Origin: a virus
Lineage: Duplodnaviria > Caudoviricetes
IMG/VR virus record: IMGVR_UViG_3300034069_002177
Coordinates: 1-64,000 of that record
Length of the DNA stretch: 64,000 nucleotides
Strand: one strand, 5' to 3'
Part shown: piece by piece, positions 36,224-45,725 of the stretch
How positions within the stretch are numbered: position 1 is the stretch's first letter
Layout of the letters: every line of letters starts with the position of its first letter
Notes under the pieces: model-generated
The model's input: only the letters and a program-made list of their open reading frames with translations
What the model was told of the DNA's origin: nothing
The model's database searches: none
Made by a program: the position numbers and the translations under genes

Positions 36224-36979
36224 ATGACAATGAAGAAAATCGCCAAAGTAGCTCCATTGATTGGGCTAGCTCTTGCTGGCTCCCTCCTGCTAGCTGGCTG
36301 TACCAACAATGACAACACTCCCAAGCCAAGCTCCACCACGGCGGCGGCTGTCGATAAGGCTGCCGTCACCGATACTAAGGCTCCAGTGGATAAGTCAGCA
36401 CTGAGCTTCGGCACCTCACCAAAAATTACGGTGGCACCTACGTGGTCGGCTGTAAAGGCGGTTCCTGCTGGTTGGGTCGCAACACCCACCGATGCTGCGG
36501 CAGAGGCTGATTCCAAGGCTCAGGGCTTCCCCATTCCTGCACAACCGTTCTTCAACAAGGCAAACACCGCCGAGGTGTCTGTCATTACCGGTTTCGACCC
36601 GACGACTGACACGGGTCGTGGTGAGCTTTATCTGTCGCAGGATTACCTTTACTCACAGTTTGATGGTGACGGCACGGCAGTGAAAATTTCTGAACCTCAG
36701 GTTGTGAAGTTGAAGACCGCAGATGGCACCATTGATGCATTCGGTGTGTACTTCGAAGGCAAAGACATCGCTCCCTTCAAGGGTGATGTCAAGGGCTTCC
36801 GTGTTGTTCGTGTATTCGACACCACGGTGCCAACCAACTTCAAGCAGGTTGCTGGTCAGACAAATCAGGTGAACGGTCTTCCTGTTCTCAGTCTCACCTA
36901 CGTGGCTCAGGCTGCTGACTTCAAGAAGATCTCCGAGGATGGCAGTCCTCTGGAACTCTTCACTGCTAACTTGAAGTAA
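36224..36979 (+). CDS. Lipoprotein in the pilus operon
   Basis: Lipobox LAGSLLLAG|C after a basic N-terminus. Confidence 0.8.
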   Translation: MTMKKIAKVAPLIGLALAGSLLLAGCTNNDNTPKPSSTTAAAVDKAAVTDTKAPVDKSALSFGTSPKITVAPTWSAVKAVPAGWVATPTDAAAEADSKAQGFPIPAQPFFNKANTAEVSVITGFDPTTDTGRGELYLSQDYLYSQFDGDGTAVKISEPQVVKLKTADGTIDAFGVYFEGKDIAPFKGDVKGFRVVRVFDTTVPTNFKQVAGQTNQVNGLPVLSLTYVAQAADFKKISEDGSPLELFTANLK

Positions 36980-36983
36980 GCGT

Positions 36984-38216
36984 TTAGCCTTTGGACTGTA
37001 ACCAGTTCAACACAATGCCCGTCGTCTTCGTGATGGCGGGCATTTCTGTGGAGTAGGCGTGAGTGAGTTGAAGCAGGTTCGGGTGGGTCAGGTCGAGGTT
37101 GGTAAGTTTCTTCGACTCGCGGATGCGGACAACGAGGTATCCGGCATCGAGAAACAGTTGCGTATTTAGGGTGTCCCTGGCGGCGTTCTTAGGGATTTTG
37201 TGGAAGCGTTGACCGTCATACTCGATAATGATTGGTCGGTCGTTGTAGGTACCAATGATGTCTACTTGGATGGGTTTGCTAGCACCGGGCACGGTTACTT
37301 TGTGGAGGTGATCGGTGTTGATGGTCTGGAAGTGTTTAGCGAACTCATCACGGAAGACTTCTTCGGCTTTAGAGGTGCCGGGTGAGGGGTTGCATTTGGG
37401 GCAGCCTGACGGATTCGTTTTGCTACTTCTGGCGTTAAGCGAAATTTTCCATTCGTGTGAGTTCTTGCAGATCCACCAATACTTGACGTGGGTGCCGAAC
37501 AAAACCTCTAATGGAGAGAGTTCGTTCTTGGGAGACCATTCGGGCACGAGATGCGGAAGTCTGGTTGCGATGTCGTTGAAACCAATAAGAAGTACGCGGT
37601 TGGAACAGGTAGGACACCGGTTGCCACCGATGGTTAGCGCATATACCATAGTCGTCCATTCATGCCCTAATTCGCATTCCCAAATAAACTTCTTGTTGCT
37701 ACCCCTAACAACTTCAGTTACCTTTGTGGTGTTCTTTGCTGACCAGAATTTAGCCACATCGGGGTCTGTTGTTGCTAGATCGTTGTAGCCAACGTAAGCA
37801 GACAAACCTCGGCAAACTCCGCATCCAGTTCCTTGCAACGCTCGGCTAGCAATGCAAGCGAAGTAGTCATGACCAACCTTGCAGTCCCACCACACCTTGA
37901 CCAATGAGCCAGGCTTTACTTGGGAGGGCAGAAGCTCATTTTTAGCCGACCAGTCTTTGGCAACGTCGGGGTAAAGAGTCTCTAAATCAGTTTCTCCAGG
38001 AATAACTCGATGACCGGAACAATAAGGGCAGCCGTTACCGAGGTGAATGCGATTAGCAATTTTGGCAGCCCATCGGTGACCTCGACCGCACTCCCAATTG
38101 ACAGTCCCTTTTGCTCCAATTCTAATTTCCAGCAAGGGCACTTCGTTATCTAGACGATACTGATCGACCAAATGGGCATGCTGAGTATTGATTCGACAGT
38201 AGTCAATTAGAAGCAC
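36984..38216 (-). CDS. Zinc-ribbon repeat protein with C-terminal Vsr/DUF559-like endonuclease (homing-endonuclease-like)
   Basis: Four W.C..GH.W...GCP.C-type repeats; SKAE, VDI, IIEYDG..FH, RD, GYLVVRIRE; antisense insertion within the pilus cluster. Confidence 0.75.
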   Translation of the reverse strand: MLLIDYCRINTQHAHLVDQYRLDNEVPLLEIRIGAKGTVNWECGRGHRWAAKIANRIHLGNGCPYCSGHRVIPGETDLETLYPDVAKDWSAKNELLPSQVKPGSLVKVWWDCKVGHDYFACIASRALQGTGCGVCRGLSAYVGYNDLATTDPDVAKFWSAKNTTKVTEVVRGSNKKFIWECELGHEWTTMVYALTIGGNRCPTCSNRVLLIGFNDIATRLPHLVPEWSPKNELSPLEVLFGTHVKYWWICKNSHEWKISLNARSSKTNPSGCPKCNPSPGTSKAEEVFRDEFAKHFQTINTDHLHKVTVPGASKPIQVDIIGTYNDRPIIIEYDGQRFHKIPKNAARDTLNTQLFLDAGYLVVRIRESKKLTNLDLTHPNLLQLTHAYSTEMPAITKTTGIVLNWLQSKG

Positions 38217-38333
38217 GAGCGGTTTATACCACTCGAAGCTCCGATTTCGCTGTGAATGTCATCCGTGAACGATATAATCCAAGGGTAGCTATCTGTAGAT
38301 ACACCTTTGACCCATCCCAAAAGGAAAAACCAT

Positions 38334-41087
38334 ATGTTCACTGAACTTCGCAAGCGTCTTGTCTTTGCGCACCGCAATGATAGAGGTGAAAGTAGTATAA
38401 TGGTAATTATATCACAACAATTATCACTTCTCGTTTTGGCGGCACTTGCCGGACTTATGTTCATCCTTATTACCGGTGGCACCAAGATTCAAGCTGAAAA
38501 TTCGGCTCAAACGGAACTTCGTGTAGCCAACCGAGCATTCCTTTCCGATGTCGATAACGCATCAACTATCTTCGTTCAAGATGACACGAAGATGACTCTA
38601 TCGAGCACTAATTTCTTGAAAGACCCCACGGACGCAACGAAATACCTCTGTCGTTCAAGCTCGTGGTACATCGCCCCTGCTTCGGCTGATGTCAAGAAGG
38701 CTCGTAATGACAACACCTTGATGTCCCTCCACAACGACATCACAATTCACAAGACCGCTTCCTGCGCCAGCCCTGCTTCCTCTACGCAGGCTCGTACCGC
38801 AGTAACTGCAATTGCTCAGGATGCTACGTTCCTCTACAAGAACATTGCAGGCGTGCCGCTCAACTTCTCCAACGGTATTGTCACCAACTTCCAGAGCATT
38901 GACGCCAACAATGACGGCACCCTCTCGACCGCCGAGATCAACAACTTCCGTACCGCCAACAACGTTGACTCTTGGTACACCGATGATGAGGCAATGCGCG
39001 AGACTCCTAAGGTTATCGACGCGAAGATGACTGCTGTTCTCCCCATCACCGAGAACAACGTCGCAGAGTTCAAGGCAACTACCAACGATGCCGAGACCGA
39101 GCTTGTTGGTAATGACACCAACGTCACCGACCCTGGTGGAGAGCAGACTCGTTGGATTCCTAACGCTGTCAGCACCCCAATCCTCGCTCGTTCGACCACG
39201 ACCGGTCCTGTTGTCGGTGGCGTTCACGAAGGCATCCAGATTTCCTGGGCACCTCGTCCTGCCGCTGAGTGTGCCCCTACCCAGAAGCTCACTTACTCGT
39301 GGATTCTGACGAACCTCCGTACCAAGCATGTCTCTTCCGGTCAGACGACGGCGAACAATGTCACTGTTCAGACGAGCACTGGTCCTGCTGAAGTATGGAA
39401 CGGTGGAAAGTATTCTGCTTCTGTCGCTGCTCGTTGTAACGACATCGACGGTCAGAGCCCGACTACAACTGTTCCTTCTTATACCTTGCCACTTCCTGAT
39501 GTGCAGATTCATAACACTACTTCCAATGCTGCTGAAACCAGCACGGTTGTTTCTTGGGACAAGGCTTCCTCTGACCCCACGACGAAGTACACCGTCACCT
39601 ACACCCCTGCTAAGGTGTCCAATAGCTACAAGTTGGACAAGAGTGCTACCCCCGATGTGTACCGTTACTATTCGACAGCTAATGAGCCTACTGCGAACAT
39701 CTCAGGTGCTCCTACCTCCGCGTTGACGATTACTCACACAAAAAATAAGGTCACTCCTGGGTTCCCTGACATCTACTACGTCCGTGCGTCCACAACAGAT
39801 AGTCCGAACACTGGTGGTGACCGTTCCGCTGCCAACTACATCTACCGCTCGGATGAAACCGCCCACCCGAACATCAATGCCATTGATGCGAACAACGCTA
39901 CCTGGGTTGGTTCTGCCTGTGCTACTGGAAACACCAAGCTCTACCGCTCGGACGACTCCAATACTTACGGTGGTAAAAATACGACTGTGTTGACTGGTTC
40001 TAACGGTACCGGTGGCGCTACAGGTACCAACCGTAACTACGGAACCATCAATCAGGGTTCCAAGGTGTGGGTCCGTGTCGATCAGCGTTGTAAGACCATC
40101 TACACGGATGCTCCTACGAACAACCAGTCGGCTGCAAGTCTTAGCCCTTGGGGTGCAGATGAGACCGCTTCCTACGTTCGACCAATTAGCGTTCCCGCTC
40201 GTCCCACCAACCCTACTAACGTCTACGTTGGACACGGTAATGGTTCGAACGCTCAGACCGCATGGAACGCTGTTGCTTGCCCCACCGGCACCAACATCTC
40301 CTACGGTCACCGTTACGCTCGCGTGAACTCAAACAACGGTTCCTTCGGAGCTACTGAGATCACTGCTACCCGCCGTACGATTGCTCACAATGAAGGTCCG
40401 GGTGGCTTCTACGTCTGGGCTGTCTTTGCTAAGTGTTCTTCGAGTGCTTCTGGAACCAACTTGCATGCTCAGAGTGGCGACGCTTCGAACTCGTACTACA
40501 CGGACGTTCCCAACCCGACCCGTGCACCTGCTATCACGCGTAGCGTTGCCAGTACCCCAATCAACACTTCGGGTACCGTTTACGCCTCTGCGGGTGGTTG
40601 TGTCGCTAACACCGTCTGGTCTTGGAACAGCAACCCCGCTGGAACCTACAGCTACTCCACCAACGGAACTCGTACCTACTATGGTACCGGTCACTGCTTG
40701 GGTGCTAACGGTCGCACCTCGCCGGGTACGTCGTCTGACAACACCAACATCACGTGGTACACCCCAGCACCTAGCACTCCTGGTTCTGCTGGCGGAGTTT
40801 ACGTTATGACTTGTCAGAACGATGGAAGCCGCAGCGGATTCTCCGGTACTGCTAACTGGAGCGCATCGTCATACGCAACTAGCTACACCGTTACTATCTA
40901 CTACAAGAACCGCGCTGGTGGTACTTCAAGCCTGAGCTACACCACCTCGGGTACGAGTGAGTCGTTCGGTACCGGTTCTAGTGCTGGTGGTCCTAATGCG
41001 ACCGTTTCGGTTACTGCTCATGGTCCTGGTGGTACTTCTGGAACAGTTAGCAATTCACTAACTCTCATTGCCGGTGGTTGTCAGTAA
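38334..41087 (+). CDS. Very large pilin-like adhesin with EF-hand loop and FN3-like repeats (PilY1-like role inferred)
   Basis: RNDRG|ESSIMVIISQQLSLLVLAALAGLMFILI; DANNDGTLSTAE loop; Thr/Ser/Gly-rich repeats with paired Cys; AAAAGGAAAA RBS before ATG 38334. Confidence 0.8.
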   Translation: MFTELRKRLVFAHRNDRGESSIMVIISQQLSLLVLAALAGLMFILITGGTKIQAENSAQTELRVANRAFLSDVDNASTIFVQDDTKMTLSSTNFLKDPTDATKYLCRSSSWYIAPASADVKKARNDNTLMSLHNDITIHKTASCASPASSTQARTAVTAIAQDATFLYKNIAGVPLNFSNGIVTNFQSIDANNDGTLSTAEINNFRTANNVDSWYTDDEAMRETPKVIDAKMTAVLPITENNVAEFKATTNDAETELVGNDTNVTDPGGEQTRWIPNAVSTPILARSTTTGPVVGGVHEGIQISWAPRPAAECAPTQKLTYSWILTNLRTKHVSSGQTTANNVTVQTSTGPAEVWNGGKYSASVAARCNDIDGQSPTTTVPSYTLPLPDVQIHNTTSNAAETSTVVSWDKASSDPTTKYTVTYTPAKVSNSYKLDKSATPDVYRYYSTANEPTANISGAPTSALTITHTKNKVTPGFPDIYYVRASTTDSPNTGGDRSAANYIYRSDETAHPNINAIDANNATWVGSACATGNTKLYRSDDSNTYGGKNTTVLTGSNGTGGATGTNRNYGTINQGSKVWVRVDQRCKTIYTDAPTNNQSAASLSPWGADETASYVRPISVPARPTNPTNVYVGHGNGSNAQTAWNAVACPTGTNISYGHRYARVNSNNGSFGATEITATRRTIAHNEGPGGFYVWAVFAKCSSSASGTNLHAQSGDASNSYYTDVPNPTRAPAITRSVASTPINTSGTVYASAGGCVANTVWSWNSNPAGTYSYSTNGTRTYYGTGHCLGANGRTSPGTSSDNTNITWYTPAPSTPGSAGGVYVMTCQNDGSRSGFSGTANWSASSYATSYTVTIYYKNRAGGTSSLSYTTSGTSESFGTGSSAGGPNATVSVTAHGPGGTSGTVSNSLTLIAGGCQ

Positions 41088-41095
41088 ATTGTCAA

Positions 41096-41136
41096 AATAA
41101 ACCGCCCCACGAGGTTGACTCGTGGGGCGGTTTATT
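41096..41136. terminator. Bidirectional terminator ending the pilus cluster
   Basis: AATAAACCGCCCCACGAG / CTCGTGGGGCGGTTTATT perfect 18-bp stem. Confidence 0.85.
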
Positions 41137-41180
41137 GCTAGAGTTGTAGCAGGCGAGGGACCGCTTGGAACTGGTCCAGA

Positions 41181-41843
41181 CTAGCCGAAAGTTACAACTG
41201 CATAGTCACTGCTACCCTGGGTGTAAGCCTGCACTGCGGCGAGAGCAGCAGCCTCAGATCCGAAGCCATTGAGCGTTCCCGCATCGATAGAAGTCTCGGA
41301 AACGAACCAGCCATGACCAGCGGGCGAAGGTCCGCTGTAGACAGCAATGATGGTCTTGCCGGTCTTGTCCTCCTGGTCGGAAATTGACTGAAGGAAGCCG
41401 TCCACGTACTGACCGTTAGTGCTCATAGAAGCGGAACGGTAAGTGTTAGCGGCAGGAGCAATGGCGTTGGTCACAGCAGCCTGAACGGTTGCCGGAAGAG
41501 CGCCACCCTCGGGAATCTTGACGATGCTGCCGTCAGGCATGTGGTAGTTGCTCTTGTTGATCTGCTCCTGCTCCCAGACCGAAATCTCACCGTCGCCATC
41601 GAGGTCGCCGTCGAGCTTCTTCGGCGCAGCCGGAGCGGTGGACACCTCGGGGATGGAGATGACCTCGTTCGAAGTCTTGGTAGCTGCGTCGTGGTTCTGC
41701 GCCTTGATGATCTTGCTGGAACCCGCGACGTTGCTGATGCCGGTGTCGATGCTGTGGATTCCTACAACCGCGACAGACGCGATGAGTCCAGCACCGACGA
41801 TGCTGCTGAGTGCGGTAACGAAAATCTTCTTGTTCTTGTTCAC
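41181..41843 (-). CDS. Secreted protein with EF-hand-like loop
   Basis: Signal/TM MNKNKKIFVTALSSIVGAGLIASVAVVG; DLDGDGEISVWE; GAAAGGG RBS before GTG. Confidence 0.75.
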   Translation of the reverse strand: MNKNKKIFVTALSSIVGAGLIASVAVVGIHSIDTGISNVAGSSKIIKAQNHDAATKTSNEVISIPEVSTAPAAPKKLDGDLDGDGEISVWEQEQINKSNYHMPDGSIVKIPEGGALPATVQAAVTNAIAPAANTYRSASMSTNGQYVDGFLQSISDQEDKTGKTIIAVYSGPSPAGHGWFVSETSIDAGTLNGFGSEAAALAAVQAYTQGSSDYAVVTFG

Positions 41844-42163
41844 GGTGTGGACCCTTTCTCGGAGCCTGTCTACAAACCTTGTAGAACGTCTACAACTACT
41901 GTAACAAAGAGTTTGTAGGATGTCAACAACGAGTTTCCATTAATCTTTGTAGGGTCTGCACAAACCCCTTAGATCCCCGTGTTTATAAGGAAGTTGCTCA
42001 TACACTGACCCACCGACAAACGGCGTGTCGCGAGGAAATCAAACAAATTTGTAGAGATCCTCGAAAAAACGAAACGGCTAAAAACTGCGTGCTATCGTGT
42101 CACTTGTTCAGCACCACAGTGGGTGGTATGAATACCAACTACTACCTAGAAAGAGGAATCACA

Positions 42164-42430
42164 ATGGGTGCAATTCTCGGAGTCCTTTCAAGTCTGTCCT
42201 TCTTGGGCTACCCAATCATCGGTTTGGGTCTCGTCGCTATCATCCTTGGTGTCGTTCTCAACGTCGTACAGAAGCGTGTTGAAGCCGAAACTGACGAGGA
42301 TGACCCGGATGACGATCCCGATGTACGTCGCATCAGCGGCTTCCGTAAGCTCTCGCTTTGGGGCGGTCTGGTTCTCGCAATTCTTGGTGCTGTGTTCCTT
42401 AGTGCACCTCAGTGGGCAACCATTCTCTAA
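42164..42430 (+). CDS. Small membrane protein
   Basis: Hydrophobic helices around an acidic loop; AAGAGG RBS before ATG 42164. Confidence 0.65.
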   Translation: MGAILGVLSSLSFLGYPIIGLGLVAIILGVVLNVVQKRVEAETDEDDPDDDPDVRRISGFRKLSLWGGLVLAILGAVFLSAPQWATIL

Positions 42431-42528
42431 GCGTCAACTGCAACGTTTGTAACATCAAGTCAGGCTCTTACTTTTCGGTGAGAGCCTGACTTGTTTGTAT
42501 ATTCCCCACAATCGGCTATGCTGTCCGC

Positions 42529-43008
42529 ATGAGAATGACTCCGCGCATGATTGTCCTTGCGCTTACCGCCGCCGCAACCATCATGGTGCTGTCTTTGGCT
42601 GCCATCGGCGCGCAGCTTGCCGCTAAGACCGCTGTAGCTCAGCACAAGACTTCGCACAGCACATCGGCACCTCATGTCACCCAATCTTCTAAGCCTTCCA
42701 CACAGCCTTCTGTGGCTCCGGCTAGTGATGATGCGATCCGCGCGGTTTATTCGAACTCCTTTTTGGTATCGCAGTTATCCAGTGGTGGTTCCGAGCCGGT
42801 ATTCTTCATCACTATCGGTACCGATGACAACGACATCACTTCCGCTGCTATCAATGTAGGGCTGAAGAAGTTGAAGGCGCTGTCTGGTGTGGATAACGTC
42901 ACTTTGGTGTTTACCTACAAAGACAATCCGTATGACACCAAGGCGCTCGCTAAGCTTGTCCCTCACTCTACGGCTGAGGAAAATCAGTTGATTGTAGACC
43001 TTCGCTGA
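42529..43008 (+). CDS. Secreted or membrane-anchored hypothetical protein
   Basis: Hydrophobic N-terminus, S/T/P linker; TATGCT 6 nt before ATG. Confidence 0.7.
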   Translation: MRMTPRMIVLALTAAATIMVLSLAAIGAQLAAKTAVAQHKTSHSTSAPHVTQSSKPSTQPSVAPASDDAIRAVYSNSFLVSQLSSGGSEPVFFITIGTDDNDITSAAINVGLKKLKALSGVDNVTLVFTYKDNPYDTKALAKLVPHSTAEENQLIVDLR

Positions 43009-43075
43009 AACGACTTGGCAGCTAGTTCACCGTGCTAGTATCTGGACACATTCCAAAGAACTCGGAGGACTCGTT

Positions 43076-44476
43076 GTGGCTCTTATAAGTAAGAAATCAT
43101 CAGACGACAAGCAGCCAGCAAAGAAGCGTACGACGAAACCCGCGACTCGTAAAAGGGGAGCGGCGACCAAGAAAGTTGCTTCTATTGCCGATGTCAACAA
43201 GGCTACTTCGGCGGTTCAGGAAGAACCCACGGATCAGCCGGTAGTTCAGAAGATTCGCACCAAGAAGCCCGAGGTCGAAAGTCTCACTGGCGATAAGAAG
43301 ACGGCATACGATCACTTCTCCACAAAGACGCATTCTGAGGATGCTGCCGAGCAGCGCAAGAAGTCCGCTAGTTCGACTGAGGTTGATGAGTACGCTGATG
43401 CCTATGATGTCGGTGTTATCTATGCCGACGAGAACGACCGCGAGTTCTACTATGACGAGTATGGCGCTCAGCACTTCGCTGATGAAGTAGTTCCGTCGCC
43501 TGAGATTCCTGAGTCATTTGAGGAAGCTCGAAACAGTGAGTCACGCGAACGATTCCGCAAAGAGGCTGAGCAGGTCCGCAAAGAGCGCGCAGAAAGTGTC
43601 GAAGCAAACTTCGATTCCGTCATATCCGATCCTCGGAATACCCAGGGCGGATTCGGTGGCAGTAGCGGCGGTGGGTACCCTAGTAACGGTAACCAAAGTT
43701 CAGGTGATAATGGCTACGCCGGTAATGGTCAGGGATATAACCCCGGCCCTGCTGACAACAACGGGTTCAATCCCCAGCCATCTCAGCCTAATGTCGGCGC
43801 TCCTACTGGATTCGGTCAGAGCGATGGTCAGGGCTTTCCAATTACCGGTGGTGTCTTTGATGAGGGCTTCAACCCCAATGCTTCGCGTCGTCCACAGGGC
43901 GGCTCTAACAGAGGCGTGACTCATGCTGTTGGTACGGATACGGTGAATCTCTCCAATGCCGAGCATGTGGATAACCCGTACCTTGAAGGTTCAGAAATCA
44001 TTAATGATCAGATTGACCAGGGGACGGTAGCGGAGAACTTCCCATCCATCGCAACCACCATCGCTTCTTTGGTGAACTCATCTAAGCGCCCAGATGAAAT
44101 TACGAGAACGCTGCTTGGTTACTTGCAGACCACTCTTGCTGGTGAAGGTATCGATGCCACCATCAAGCTTCTTGGTACTGAGAACATCTACGCTCCCCTT
44201 CTTGTTTCAGCATTGTCCTATAACTTGCAGCAGCGTCAGATTGATGCCGTTCGTCTTCGAGATCTTTGGGATATTCGACCCGAGGTTCAGGTGCAGGAAA
44301 AGATTGTCTATGTCAAGGACAACTCCACCCCTCGCGATGGTGAGAAGGGTTACTGGATTTCGTTGGAGGATGTTTCCGAAGAAACAAGTCCTTTGTTCGA
44401 TACTCTCGATGCAGAGTCTAAGGCTAATGAAGTCCCTCTGGAGGACCGGTTGAACTACTCGCGATTCGATTACTGA
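43076..44476 (+). CDS. Low-complexity protein (K/A-rich N-terminus, G/N/Q/P-rich middle, folded C-terminus)
   Basis: 466-aa ORF, GGAGG RBS before GTG. Confidence 0.7.
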   Translation: MALISKKSSDDKQPAKKRTTKPATRKRGAATKKVASIADVNKATSAVQEEPTDQPVVQKIRTKKPEVESLTGDKKTAYDHFSTKTHSEDAAEQRKKSASSTEVDEYADAYDVGVIYADENDREFYYDEYGAQHFADEVVPSPEIPESFEEARNSESRERFRKEAEQVRKERAESVEANFDSVISDPRNTQGGFGGSSGGGYPSNGNQSSGDNGYAGNGQGYNPGPADNNGFNPQPSQPNVGAPTGFGQSDGQGFPITGGVFDEGFNPNASRRPQGGSNRGVTHAVGTDTVNLSNAEHVDNPYLEGSEIINDQIDQGTVAENFPSIATTIASLVNSSKRPDEITRTLLGYLQTTLAGEGIDATIKLLGTENIYAPLLVSALSYNLQQRQIDAVRLRDLWDIRPEVQVQEKIVYVKDNSTPRDGEKGYWISLEDVSEETSPLFDTLDAESKANEVPLEDRLNYSRFDY

Positions 44477-44540
44477 TTCGATTTGACGCAGTGATTTGTG
44501 TCATGTATAGTCAGCCAACCGAACCGCAAGGAAGTCCCAA

Positions 44541-45725
44541 TTGGTATATCGCAAGAATCGTGAGCTAGACCCGAAGGTAATTCTCAACAACCTTCAGGGC
44601 TGGAAGTTGTTTCCGTACTCGACCGAAGGTAGTGAAGGTTCCGCCAGCTATATGGGCGGAGAGGACACTAAGGTCGAAGGATTCATCGGATGGGAGGGCA
44701 ACCACATTCATTTCGTCGTAGTAGGAAACAGCAAGGCGTGGGGTGAGATCCCTGCGGGTGTTACCGGTTTGTCTTTGACGTTTACGGTTTACCCGAGTGA
44801 TGACATTGACTCCAATCTCTACTACACGACCCTGGTTGACGAGGCGCAGTTGGAAGATGTCGTGATGTCGAACGATGGTGAAATCATCGGTAACATTTAC
44901 AGCCAGAAGATCAGCGAAGATGACGATGATGACATCCATCACTCATTGGCTCTCATCACGGATAATGGGATGATTGGTCGAGGTTACTTTGCGTACAGCA
45001 AAGATGCACCGGTCGCCAACCGTATCATCAGTGTCTACACTCGTCTCATCGAGAGCATTGGTCGCGAACTAAGTAACCTTCCCGAGTTCCATGCTGCGGT
45101 GAGTGGTTTCGAGACCGGTCAGTCCAACCGTTCATCGTTGGAAGTCATCCTTCGCAATGATGCAGAGGAAAACGAAAAGAAGACGTGGTACAACCCAGTT
45201 GCTGGTTTAGATGGATGGCAGGTATTCCTTCCCTACACCGAAGATGCATTCGCCATGAACATCTATCAGAAGGTGTCCGGGCATCCCGTCGAGATGATGG
45301 AGTTGGCGCTGTATCCCGCCAACGACAACCAGATTCCGTGGCATGAGAAATCAACCAACCTTCTTGTACGACCCGACCTTGATGACATTCGTTTCAGTAC
45401 GACCTATTCCATCATCTCTATCAACATCGAACGGAAAGCGTCACGCGTTCTCCCCGTCTATGTTTTCGATGAGGAAGAGGCGAAGTCAACGATTACCGTT
45501 GATGGTTTGGAAGTGGAACTCTTCAATACGGTGGAGGAACAGGAGACTTTCTATAACGGTGAGTCATCAAAGATTTTCGCTCATCGCCTCACCGCTATCC
45601 AGAAGGACATCGATGTGATGCTTGCCTTTGATTACATCAGCACGAACCAGACGGATGCGTACACGAAAGACATTGAAAAGATCGTCGCTAACTTGGTGAC
45701 GGAATTGAAGGAGGTAGTTCGATGA
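44541..45725 (+). CDS. Acidic two-repeat hypothetical protein (paralog of 45722)
   Basis: NNLQGWKLF and VAGLDGWQVF internal repeat heads; AAGGAAG RBS; promoter TTGACG-17-TATAGT upstream. Confidence 0.7.
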   Translation: MVYRKNRELDPKVILNNLQGWKLFPYSTEGSEGSASYMGGEDTKVEGFIGWEGNHIHFVVVGNSKAWGEIPAGVTGLSLTFTVYPSDDIDSNLYYTTLVDEAQLEDVVMSNDGEIIGNIYSQKISEDDDDDIHHSLALITDNGMIGRGYFAYSKDAPVANRIISVYTRLIESIGRELSNLPEFHAAVSGFETGQSNRSSLEVILRNDAEENEKKTWYNPVAGLDGWQVFLPYTEDAFAMNIYQKVSGHPVEMMELALYPANDNQIPWHEKSTNLLVRPDLDDIRFSTTYSIISINIERKASRVLPVYVFDEEEAKSTITVDGLEVELFNTVEEQETFYNGESSKIFAHRLTAIQKDIDVMLAFDYISTNQTDAYTKDIEKIVANLVTELKEVVR

